Assembly: GCA_965235115.1 (NCBI GenBank)
Contig: OZ249436.1
Span: forward strand, 51,834,001 to 51,898,000
Reading direction: 5' to 3'
DNA length: 64,000 nt
Origin: Laetmonice hystrix
Taxonomy: Eukaryota
Part shown: one piece after another, positions 25,601 to 39,000 of the stretch
How positions within the stretch are numbered: the stretch's first letter is position 1
Layout of the letters: each line of letters opens with the position of its first letter
The notes under the pieces: generated by a model
What the model was told of the DNA's origin: nothing
Databases searched by the model: none
The model's input: the letters and a program-made list of their open reading frames with translations, nothing else
Made by a program: the position numbers and the translations under genes

Positions 25601-28600
25601 CCACGAGTGGACAGTTATCGTAATCGTCCCTGACACCTGTCAATCATTACGTCACAGGGTACGAGTGAGATTGTTGGTTATCATGCTGCATAAAACTGGT
25701 GGATAACGCATTACACCGTCAAGACATCATTCATTACACACTGCTGTACTTGAAACCTTGCTGCAAGGCTTGGACCTGGTCGCTAAAAGTGCATTATGCT
25801 TTAATAATGTAGCATTTATCACAGCCTATAATGTAACTTTTAGTGGCGTCGGCGTAAGCTAAACTGGTATGTAGAAGTACCATAAATAAGATTATAACTT
25901 ATAAAACTGGGGGGGGGGGGGGACAATCAGTACACTGTTAACAGTGTATTTTGAGATATTTAGCTTATAAAATTATTTTTATATAGCTTATCAAAAACAG
26001 TTTTATCTAATCATACTATGTATTAATAATTAATAATTAATACTATGTATTAATAATTTTGTTAGCTGGACACAAAAGTAGGCCTAAACAAAAAAAAAGA
26101 TACTACTATTATAAATATGGAGTACAATATTATATTTAGACCCTCCAAAGACTAGTTTCGAGGGGTTGCACGAAGCTGGTATCGGGTTATAAACGAATCT
26201 GCTTCCCCTGATTTTGTTACCAAGACTACGCCATACCGTCGGCATCCTTATCGTCGTCACACTTGTCTCCCTTCCCGTCGCCGTCAGTGTCCTTCTGATC
26301 CGGATTAGATATCCTTGGGCAGTTATCACAAGCGTCGCCATGGTTACCAGCCGTGTTCCGTCGCGATGCTCCTGGCGTTGCGTCGAAGTCCTCCTGACCA
26401 GGGTTGGGCACCAGCGGGCAGTTGTCCTGGCAACGGAGGGCAGAGGCAACGTCAACGACCAACCCAAAACAGTGTGCTGCTAAACAATGGGTATTATGTT
26501 CCTGTTTTTGATGATTCACATCCTATTTTTACAATGAATATTGATTTACATTTCAACCACAGTTTAAAACACATCAGGGCCCAGATCTTCAAAAGTTCTG
26601 CTGGGACCAGCTAATCTGAAACATTAGGGAGAAGTTCAGTTTGGTAAAACCTGGCCGTTGTTACTTACGTTCACATCCAGGATGCCGTCATTATCGTCGT
26701 CGAAGTCACAGGCGTCACCAAGGCCGTCTTTGTCGGCGTCCTCTTGTCCACTGTTAGGAATGCCTGGGCAGTTGTCCTGAACCAAACGAAAAACCACTTA
26801 GCTTCTAGTTGGGTTATTTTAATATTTTTGCTCAATGCAATCGCACATACTGAAATCATGACCAGGACGTTCACTTTGATATTGTAGATAAAACTTCTAA
26901 ACGATACCATTTTTTTGCAGCTAAATATATAAATCTGAATGATATTGAGCAGTGCTCCTACCATCATGGTTTACTGTAGAACCCCATTTTTCTCCCTTCT
27001 TCGGTCAGGGTACTTACCCTGGCACAGTGTTTGTCGGTGCAAGAGAGCTGTGCGTCTGGCCAACCATCCAAATCCGTGTCCCGGCCACACTCCTTGCCAG
27101 GTCCGGCCCAACCAACGTTGCACTGTAAAAAAAATAATTTTCACCTCAAAACCACTTGTATCTTCAAATGAAATTAGGGAATCACATTTGTAACAATATT
27201 TTGTTTAGTAAACACACCACATTGATCGTTAATTGATATGATCAGATTTTCCGCCCCCCCCCCAACTTCAGTTATACCACATGCCCTTATCCTGTACACC
27301 AGGGTGATCTGGATGGACTTTGTAACCCAGTTAGGGGCTTTATACCTCAATGACAGCTAGGATCATGTAACACTCAGTTCTATCTACTTTATATATCTTT
27401 AAGCAGGTAACTGTCAAATATGCGACTCGAATTCGGGGATTCAACCCCAGCGGTGAGAGGCCCTACGGTCACGAGCCAGTGCCTTAAAGGTGCTATTCGT
27501 GAACAAAAATTCAATGTTTTTATTTTTAATTTTGTTGACGTTTATGTGATCCCACCTATCATGGAAATAGATTCACAACAAAGGAAATCAAAATTTTTCA
27601 TGGATAACGGCACAAATGGGGCTGTCTCAGAAGGCCTGTGGAGACCTTGACACGCCCCACCATAGGAAATGGCTCTATCTCGGTGCGCACCGAGATAGGT
27701 TTCAAATGCTGCACACAAACTAATAGAAGGTTTATCAGGCCAATGGTATCGGTAGGAATTTTTTCTCGTACTATGTGCACAATGTATGATAGGAGAAATA
27801 CCATTCTGTGCGAGACGAATAGCACCTTTAAATCACTGAGCCACCGCGACCCCCTGTAGGCTGACATCAGGCTGACCCGATGACGGTGAATACTGACCGT
27901 ACAGAACCAGGTGGAGATACCACATCGGCGAGTACAACGGGCGTTATCGTCACACACTGTCCGGCCGTCATCACACAGTCCCTTCTGGGCCAGGCAGCCC
28001 ACCCACTGGTTGCCAACGTAACCCGTGTCACACGGACCGCACAGGAACGAACCCTGGAAACGTTTACAATGAAATCATCCAAGTAAGTAAGATCATTTAC
28101 AACGAGGGAGATTATAAAAGGTTTGATCTCTGTAATATGTGGAAATATGCTCGCTGTTGTAGCTGAACATCTCAAGCAAATAGTCTCGATAAAAGACTTT
28201 TTTAAAGTATTCAGAAGGCAGTGAGAGTTGAAGCGCTATGACAGGAGCTTACCTGGGTGTTCGTACAACTGGAATGTGTAACACAGCCGCCATTATTGGA
28301 CAAACATTCGTTGATGTCCATGCAAACCTGTGGAGATAAAACCAGGACATTATTACCTCACTTGTCCATTGTGGATGAGACAAAGATTCCACGGAACAAT
28401 TAACGGAACAATAGGGGTCATCCGGGTCACAGGCGATTGTCTGTGCGACGTCTGTGAGATCTTGAGTTTACAGGATGAAACCCATTTCTTCTATCCGGGA
28501 ATGGACAGCAAGGACATGTTGCAGAGTGAATTCTATCTTTAAATGACAAATTGCACGGGCGTTGCATGGAAAATCCGTTTTGTATGTCGAGCCCTTTTAG

Positions 28601-31600
28601 AGTCTTTTGGGGCTAATCTTACCTGTCTGTTTCTCTTGGCGTACTCGATGCCGACGCCCTTGACCCGAGGACTGGTCCATCCTGCCGGGCAGTCGGTGCA
28701 AAGGAAGCCGGGCGACAGGTTCTGACACTCAGTCATGGCATCGCATGGGTCAACCTCCGTACACTGCGGCAACAGACAACAAGTTGAGGCACTGGATTTG
28801 GGTTTTGGCAGAATAACCGACAGACATTCTCACTTGGGAGTCAAAGGGGAGAACTCAGTAGTGAGAGGCCCTTTGGTCGCGAGCCACAGACCGTCGCACC
28901 ATGAGCGGTGTCTTCCTAGCTGCTGAACTTGGGAGTGTTTATTAGGAATCTGCGGGACGTTTAGTGAGGTATGTTGAGGAATTTAAGGACAACTTGTGGA
29001 GCACTAAATGAGGGAGTGAGGGCAGTTAATATGAATGTGTGCTACATTTAGGCTACTGATGGCAGGTGAGGAATCTAAGGAGACTTTGCGGGGAATTTAA
29101 TGAGGTCATGGCGCGCTTTTGAAAAATTTTAGAAGGAGACAGAGCTTTAGCTCAACGATTCTGATTGGCTGTATGCAACAAATCAGCCAATCAGAATCGT
29201 TCCTTCCACCATAGAGTCTATATTGAATATAGACTCTATGCTTCAACCAACCCCATCCAACCCGTGTGTGGGCCCACTCACCTCGTTGATGTCTGTGCAG
29301 ACCTGGCCGTCACCCGTGAAGCCGGTTGGGCAGGCCCCACAGCGGAACCCGCTCGCGATATCGAAGCAATCGACGCCAGGGAAGCAGGGACTGTCGATAC
29401 AGCGGATGACACGGACACGGCATCCTTCCCGCGTCCCGTCACCTGTCGGGGAATAGTGAGAGAGAGGATTAGGACAGCGACGGTGCCACAACATAAAACA
29501 CTGCCTCCTGCTAACCAGAGATTGGGGCCGTCTATTAAAACCCAAGTACTTGCTAAAGCTTAAGCCTATCACTTCTGATTGGCTGATCTAAGTTTTGAAA
29601 AGCGGGGTCAGGAAGAACTCCCAGTGGCATCCTCCATAGTAACAGTCTCTACATGACGTCTCGTGACACCAACCAGTTCCGGCACTGTCCTACGTAATCT
29701 CCAGACTAAAGAGTCAGCCTGACCGCTGGACTAGTCCACTATTGGGACACCTGGTCCCACTGAGGCAAAAGATGCCGCGACTTTGGGCTCATTAGTAACC
29801 ATATAACATCCGACCACTTACCTGTAAACCCGTCAGGGCAGGACCCACACTTGTACCCGCGGGGTGTGTCCGTACACGTCACTCCAGCAAAACAGGGACC
29901 GTCAATACACTTGATCGGTCGACAGCCATTCCGGGAACCGTCACCTGCAATTTATGGCGGGGGGGGGGTGGTTAGAAAAAAACTGGGAGAAATCTTTTCT
30001 CAAATCCTACCAATATCCTATAGTCGTGATTTCTCGAGTACTTATCACAAAACTCATACAACAAATTTGGCTAGTAAAGTTCTACCCACAATATGTTCTA
30101 ATATAGGAAAATGAACTGGCCAGCAGTTTCTTTGATCGTCAGAAATATTGATCTAGGATGGGCATTCCTGAGGCTATGAAACGATTCTACATTTATTCTT
30201 CTCTGAAAAATTATTCCTAAACAACCCGATTTTTCACCACGAAGAGGCCTAGTTTTTCAAAACTTAAGCTTTTCTCAAACTTATTAACGCTTCCAATTGG
30301 CTGGTCACCAGCAAATGAGAAGCGTTAAACCTAGGTTTAAGCAAAAACTTAAGCTTTGAAAAAACCGGGTCTTATAGACACGCAGCTCGACTGTGGGACT
30401 GACCTGTCAAGCCGAGCGGACAGGCTCCACACCGGAAACTTCCGCCCACGTTGTCGCAGGGCACGCCGGGGAAGCAGGGTCCGTCGGCGCAGACCACACG
30501 CCGGCAGCCATCAGGCGCTGTACCGTCACCCGTGTAGCCGGGCGGACAGTCGCCGCACACGAAGCCGGGCCCAGCCTGCTGACACCTCACCCTAGGGTAG
30601 CAAGGGCTGTCAGCACACGTGATCCTCCGACATCCGGCCCTCGTGCCGTTACCTGGAGGTAGCCAATCACCAGTACATTAACAAACAATGTTCCTTGCTT
30701 GCCGAGACTAGGCCTAGGCCTACATAGGCCTACTGTTTAACTTTTTCTATATGACTTTTTTTTATTGCCATTCAAGGAAATAATGTATCTCTCTTATGGT
30801 GTGACCTTACTTCTATCTTGCCATAAGCCAAGGCCTTACCCCTATCGGTAGCTATGACATAGGTCCCCATCAGTATGACCTTAACCCTGCCATCAGTGTG
30901 ATCTTACCGGTATAGCCGGGCGGGCAGGGCCCACAGCGAACCCCAGTGACGCTATCCTCACACGTGGTCCCCGGGAAACACGGCTGGTCCGAGCAGCGAA
31001 TCCGGCGACAACCGTCCAGGGTACCGTCACCTGTCACGTCATACGTCATAATGACGTCATACAACAACCACACTCAACTGGCTCTCTCAAACAACTCGGC
31101 TTATAACCTCAGTAATCAGTACAGAGAAATACAGAAAATATAACCACCAGGCAATAGGATATTTGGTAGGCCTAATATGCTCTAATTTATTAATGCCATA
31201 TCTGATCAAGTTTATTTGAGCCATTGCAGGACTATGATAAACAGTTTCCTTGCCTGTAAAGCCGGCAGGGCAGGGTCCACACTTGACTCCACGGTTTGTC
31301 TGGTCACACGTCACGCCGGGATAACAGGGCCGGTCTGCGCATGTCACCAGCCGGCATCCCTCGCGGGTTCCGTCACCTGTTTGACAGCGTTTGTTTATAA
31401 TACACCGTATACACATTTATAACGTAGTATAACATTAACATAGGGAGTGACAGCGAGTAAGTAATGCCCTATCTTAGATTGAAGAAGCCACTTTGAGTGT
31501 TAATTGCGCCGTTTTGACTGCCGGCCAATCACTGTGGTGATTGACGCTGGTTCAGTATCTGCAAGAACTTTGTATTGTCGGTCAAAACTCCGTCATCGCC

Positions 31601-34600
31601 GACCCAGTAGTAACCATGCATGGCGCTTCCTGCTTGGTTACTATTATTTTTTATACACAACGGGTTTAAAATCACGTGATCTATTAACAGTATAATAACA
31701 TTGTCCGCAAGGTGGCCCAGCGCCAATACCAACAGTAAAGTAGCAGGTATGCTGGCTGGCTGGCTTTAGTTTGGACCTCTACCTGTGTATCCAGGTGGGC
31801 ACGGCCCACAGCGAAGTCCTGCCAATGTTACCGTGCACTTCACCCCGGGGAAGCATGGTTTATCTGCACACGTCACTCTCCGGCAACCCTCCCGCGTTCC
31901 GTCACCTAGCAACAACATTGACGTCATGTTTAGCACGAAACAAAACAGTAACAAAAGGATAACCACGCTAACAGTTTAACAATATTTCCGGACCTTTTCC
32001 TGGACCCTGTTCAGGACTCCTTTCAATTCTTTTTAGTTTCGGATGTAGACGATGATTACAGGCATGAACTCTAATCCACCATTTTTTAGATTCGGATATA
32101 GACGATGATGACAGACATGAACTCTATCCACCATTTTTTAGTTTCGGATATAGATTCTAGACGATGATTACAGACATGAACTCTATCCACCATTTTTTAG
32201 TTTCGGATATAGACGATGATTACAGACATGAACTCTATCCACCATAAATCCATCTCCTCTAGGATTTGGCTCTCCCGGCAAGTATTTGTAAAATCCCCGG
32301 ACATCGATATCAAATTTCCGGACTTTTCCAGGTTTCCCAGACCAATGAGATTCATGGAACGCTAAGGAGTGCCAGACAGAGAAGGCCGAGTCAGACAGAG
32401 ACAGAGATTCCAACGTGACGTACCGACGTATCCTGGCGGACAGGGTCCACACTTGAAGCCGGCCGGGGTGTCCGTACAGGTCACTCCAGGGAAGCAGAGA
32501 CCGTCGGCACAAGTCAACAGTCGGCAACCATTCCGAGTACCGTCCCCTGAATTAATCATAGAAAATATCTCACCATCGGCAAACCTCTAAACCTGGTCCA
32601 TACCGTCTAACAACGATTGACAAAGTATAAATTACGTCAAATATAATAACTTCGATACATGTTTCTCAAAGCGTTTGATAAAGCCAGTAGCATAATTTGT
32701 GTCTATATTATGAAACAGTTATACAGATTATAATTGGGACCTGTATAGATTACTATGACAGAAGAGTGGGTATATGCTGACCTGTATAGCCGGCTGGACA
32801 GGACCCACAACGCGGACCCTGGGGGGTCTCGTTACACTGGACCCCCCGGAAACAGGGCGCGTCTCCACACGTCTCCCGGCGACATCCCTCCAGCGTTCCG
32901 TCACCTGGGGGTCACAAGGTCAAGTTGTCAGGGTCACACAATAAAGAACACAGCATGTGGCCCAAATGTTAGGACTGTTCTAATACATGGTTATAAAGGG
33001 TATATCCCCCATCGTAACATCTCCATACAAACTTGGTGGAAACATCCAGAAATCCATCATTGTTCATAGTCCCAAATCTAGCCCTAACCGTAACCTTGCT
33101 TCCCAAGCCTCCCCCAAAACTTACTTCTATTCCAAGCGCTGCTCCTCACCAGAAGAACCCCTACCTCAAATTTGGATAACATTGGGGGAATGTTACCCTG
33201 ACATTGCCCCCTATAATGTCACGTCAACCTATTCCAGGTTCATGTCTTGCAGGGGACGGAAAGGAGGCAGTTAACCCTCCAAATTATCCTTGAAAAAAAT
33301 TGCCCTTTTAGGAAACAAGTTGCTCTCCGACAACTCTCAGCGATGTATGTAGTCCTACCGTATACCGAGTACAAGTATATATTACACTGATGGGACCTTT
33401 CTTATATACACATGGTTGGTCACACTCAATACCGAATAAAGTGCTACCTTGCCACCTATATGGACTGCCTTATGACCCTGGCGGTTCCACAAGATGGGCC
33501 TGGCTGTAAAGGGACTGACCTTTGTAGCCTTGCGGGCACCGGCCACAGCGAGGTCCGTCCCGGCTGTCGACACACGTGACGCCGGGGAAGCAGGGACCGT
33601 CAGCACACGTCTTCCTCTGGCAACCGTTCTTTGTCCCGTCACCTAAAACAGTGGACAAGACCCTGAGCGCAATGTTGTAAATTTGAATTCTCAATCGTCT
33701 GGGTGAAATGTGCAGTCGTCTGAATTCAACCTTGAACAGTGTGGACATAACGTTTATTTCGTATGACGTAAGGTTACGTCATACAAAATGAACGTTATGT
33801 TGTAGAAATAGTGGTCACTCCTGCAACCACAGGTACTGACTGTAGCTATAGGTACATACCGTTGCAACCACAGTCTAACATTTGTAAATAGTGTAACCAT
33901 TTTTAATTGCATACAACGCTTTGCAACCAGAATCTCACGTTTGTTACTGGTTTAGACCTTTGCGGCTGGGTAGGCCTACATACCTTGGATACCAGGGGGC
34001 GTTTCACAACCTGTTGCTAGCTTGTCGTATTGTAAACACCAATGTATTTTCAATGGGGATCTTTACGCACGACAGGGTTACGATTGTTATGAAACGCCCC
34101 CCAGAATGCTTAATTTGTCGATGGTACAGACCTTTGTAGCCGGATGGGCACTGGCCGCAGCGCGGTCCAAACGGCGTCTCTACACACTGCACGCCTCTGA
34201 AGCAGACGTCATCCTGACATGTGAGCCGCCGGCAACCGTCCCGCGTTCCGTCACCTAGGCAACCAAACCCGTCAAGGTCAGCATCAAGGTCGGACAGGTC
34301 GACACGTGAACAAGTGATTTACTGAATCAGGAGTTTTAGATCAAATCTCCTGTCAGTACCTAAAGCACCCACATGGGAATGGCGCACGAACATTGGGGTT
34401 ACTCTCCAAATATGGGCCTTACAACCTTTTATTCTCCATGGTAACAACCTCATTAGGGGATCTACGGTACCAGCTGATCCTTGTTGAGACAGAGTGGTCT
34501 GAATGAAGCTGCACCCGTGTACATACGGACAGGCATACCACACCGCGAGGTCTGACATTCTATGTGTGTGTGACTGTGGACGTGGAGACAACTGAGGACC

Positions 34601-35975
34601 AACCTGTGTATCCTGGTGGGCATGGACCACAGCGAGGTCCGGTCCTCTGATTGTCCTCACATGGGACACCTGGGAAACATACTTCGTCTTCACACGTCAA
34701 CCGACGGCAGCCATCGCGGGTACCGTCACCTTACAGATATAACACAGTCCAGGTCAAAACCATGGTCAAACATAAACCTCTGCATGTTACAGGCTCCATG
34801 AATCACTCAAAAACTGATTGTATACATGCCTTTCATATTAGGAGGGCATGGGCCGCACTTGGCACCACTGGCTGTGTCTGTGCACTCCACTCTCCGGTAA
34901 CAAGGCAAGTCTGCACACGTTACTACTCGACATCCGTCACGTGTACCGTCACCTTGTGGAGAGAAACAGAAACGATAAAAGTTCAGATTTCCCCAGGTGT
35001 CAGGGCTGGTGCATTCTATGAAGTCGTAGATTTCCAATCATCCAAGACCTACCTGTGAGACCGACTGGGCAGGACCCACACCGCGGGCCCGTTGGACTCT
35101 CTTGACAAGGAGTTCCTGGGAAGCACACGTTGTCTGCACATGTGACACGACGACATCCTCTCTTAGTTCCGTCCCCTTGAGAATAAGATCAGATAAGACT
35201 CGTATTTATTGGCAACCATAGCGAACATATAAACGTAATACCGTAAATTTGACACGCCCTGACCAAGAAACTTTAGAACGACACCAAACACCAAAGTTAC
35301 CTCTATTTGCCCGGTTTTTCTGAGAAAGAATCTTGATCGTGTCAACAGGTCATCAGTAATGTTCAGTCCTTACCTGTGTAGCCGGCAGGACAGGGTCCAC
35401 ACTTGTATCCACCCTCTATATCCTGACACCGGACACCAGGGAAGCAAGGCCTGTCCCGGCACGACGGTATAACCTTCCGACAACCATCTCTCGTCCCGTC
35501 ACCTGAGTCCAAAGATTTTAAAATACTTCAACGTCGTTCTTAACACTGGACTTCTATAGAGTTGAAAGTTTACTAACTATCGGTGGTGTTACTTCTCAAA
35601 CAGTTCAAAAATCAGGCCTTTCTGGTGTCGTGCGTCTCCGAAGCCAGACGCACCTGCTTTTGACCAAAGCCTTCAACTAAATGCAAGTATCCATAAAAGT
35701 CGAATCTGTCTTATAGACACTTCACTTCAACTATTTGTCTGAAATGTTCCATAAACCTTACAGAATGCTAGATACATGACGCAATTAAACATGATCTGAA
35801 ATTCAAACTGAAACAGAAGCCATTAAGTGTGTCACTCGGCAGCGGGAATGAACAAGAAAGCGACATTGAAATGGCTTATATTCATTGGTGCATTCTGCGG
35901 CTGCTCAGGGGATTGTGCAGAAAACCTGCAAAGTCAAAATACGTGAAGGGTACGATCTCAACACAGTGCTCAAGA

Positions 35976-36009
<34 letters not shown>

Positions 36010-39000
36010 AAAAACAGAGATCAAGTATCAAGGTCCCAAGTATAAACCTTCCATATTCGATCTGAAGAGCAGGTATGGAAGACATCAGGGCGATACACTT
36101 ATATACAAGTCATCAGGGTTTCTTCATTGACTGTGTTTTTGAACTAGAAGTTTTATGTTCTCAAGTAATGGTATTATGCCATCCTATATAGACGTCACAT
36201 CCTATGACTTCCTTTCTACTTCTCCTCGAACCAATGCCCACCTCTCCAAGACTGTGTTAACATACCAACGTATCCATGAGGACAGCGTCCACACCTGAAA
36301 CCTCCGCGGATGTCCTGACAGCGAACCCCACGGAAGCAGGGCTGGTCATTACACTGGATGGGTCTGCAACCTTTACGAGTGCCATCACCTGTGTAACTGG
36401 CAGGGCACGACCCACACCGGAAACCACGTGATGTATCCTGACAGGGCACGCCGGGAAAGCAAGGGCCGTCGGCGCACGTGGGTGTGTAAGGTCGGCAGCC
36501 CTCACGCGTCCCGTCACCTATAGAGGGCGCGCACAAAAATAGAAACGATTCTCCAAAAGATTTGGTCTCTCTTCAGAACCAATGAGAGCAGTTGTGTCCA
36601 AAATGCATTTTAAATGTGATGAATTACAAACAGACAGCGCTCGGAAACGCTCTTTCAAATTACTTCTTTTAAATTAAGGATGTAAATTTCACGAAGGCAT
36701 TGGTTAGTCCTATGGTGTTAACTCTTCAGTTGGTTATAAACGCACACGATTCCCTTGAAACGCAAAGTCCATTTCGGCAGGACTACACCACAAGAAACAT
36801 AAGTAGCACATACTCCAACCTCGTTCACGACTACAATTAGTTCTTATCGGTTAATAAGGCCGTGTCCCCTATATCCTTTAATTGAGACAGCGGTCTGAAT
36901 GATTGCAAGGGTTATAAATTACAACCTCAACCGTCGCACCCTTGGAACAAGTCGTGCTCTGCAAACGTCGACTGACAGAACTGCAGTCTGGCACTGGGCA
37001 CAGATCTCTTTGTGGATTTGGCATAAGAAACAAACTTTCCAACAGAAAATCCCTCATGAAAGGCTAACACTCTCAATAAGCATATGGTACAGGAGTGTGA
37101 TCTGGGGCGACTTATGCACATGCTTCTGCCGTCGCCCAAAACATCTTCCCAGAGGAAGACAATGCTTTCACATTCACTCTGGCCCAGCGGTGGGGTTCTT
37201 ACAGCAAAACAGGGGAGAAAGAGGCAGAGAGGGACCCCAAACAAAACGTGGCTGGAGCCGGGGGTAAGCGCAAAGCCAAAATAATTATAAATGGTTAAAA
37301 AATTTCAAGAAATGCCTGTAAATCCTTCAGGGCAAGCTCCGCAGCGGATTCCGAGTGGTGTTTCCTCACAAGGCACCCCTGGGTAGCATGTTGCATCGTC
37401 ACATGTTAACCTCCGGCACCCTTCTTTAGTGCCGTCACCTAACAGGGTATTGAAACATTTGGAATCAAGTGAATAACACTATCTGGGTCTATAAACCATG
37501 TACCTTTCGCTGTTACTATTCAAAACATCCATTAGGTCTATTGTTCATGCCAATATCCATGGACTATTTTCCATTCATCTTTTAGAGGTTCTCCTAATTA
37601 CTGTCTGTAAACTGAGATTTTTGATTATACTCGTTTACATTCGACAGACGGGAGTAGCTGGAGTAACTTCTGTTACTGGTTGCGGAACAATGAATGAAGT
37701 CTACATTAGTCTTGATGAACAAGTCAAGCAAACAAACCAAACTTATGTTAAACTTGAGTCAGGTAACTAAGGATGATCCAGATACACAACACCGTTCGAT
37801 GAAAAGCATTAAACTGTTGCTCACCGATCCAATACAATTCGGTTTGATGCTAGTATATCACAGAACATTTCACATTAGTGCGTGCATTCACCATGCCTGA
37901 GGCCTCCAAAACAGGGTTGGCGTCGACGCTGCATTCCATTTTAAAGGGGGTTCTCGATGCATCTATCACTCTCTTGAGTGACGACAACCTTCTTCGATCG
38001 TGATCGTGTCTCTGACGTTTTGCTGACGTTAGAGCCTTGTTTTACGTCAAGGCATCGTCAAAGGTTCCGCCAGACCGTTTGCCGATTCAGCGTATGTTCC
38101 ACGACGAAAGTCAAGAGCTCCAGTAGTAGACCGTGAAGGATTTCGTCACTTCTCCAAGGTTGGAGATTCAGGTGTCAAGTGTTACAGGCGATCCAACATG
38201 TCATGCGATCCACCTGGCTATGGTCAGTTCAGTCTCTCTTCAGTAGTAGCGTGTTAAAATGACGGTTTAGAGCAGACCAACGATGTATGTTGAGTTGTCA
38301 AGGCATCACAGTTAGTATGTTAACAAACTGAAGCTCGGAGAAACGAACTTGCAATTATAACGTTTTAAAGATAACGCAGGCATCAAGGCGTTCGTATGGC
38401 TGGAAGGTGGATGTATAAATGGGGTTCCGTGCCTGTAAATCCTGGTGGGCAGGGCCCACACTTTGGTCCAATCCTTCTGTCTCGACACTCGACTCCTGGG
38501 AAACACGGTCTGTCTGCGCATGTCAGCTGGCGGCATCCTTCTTTACTTCCGTCACCTAGTGATCACAGCACAGACTTATGTTGCTAACTTGCACACACAG
38601 TTCTAAGGCACTTGATTTAATATATAAGTTATACTTAGGTATAGTTTTAATTAGATCATCTTCACACGGTTGCCACTGATACCGCCTGCTTGTTTTCAAC
38701 AGACCAAGAATGGGTGGTTGTTGCCATGGTATCCTGACCGGTTCCGGTACGTTTCAGCGTCGGTGGAGTTTGGAATCTAACATTCCGAAGAACACATGTA
38801 GATCTATCAAGCCCAATGTCTAAGGACCCCAGCAAACCTTTTCCTTTCATTTAATGTCTCACGAATCGGTACCTGGAAATGCTTCCTCACGTGTTGTTTC
38901 TGTCCTATAGAGTCGGGTTTTGGAAAGAAAAGCATCTCACACTGGCATACTTTACACCCAAGACATAGGAAATACTGTCTTTGAATTTCAGCTATACAGT

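Noticed and set aside
34530..34560. Short echo of the EGF exon sequence (ccacaccgcgaggtc) in the intron after exon 29
   Set aside because: Too short and lacking splice sites to call a degenerate extra exon.
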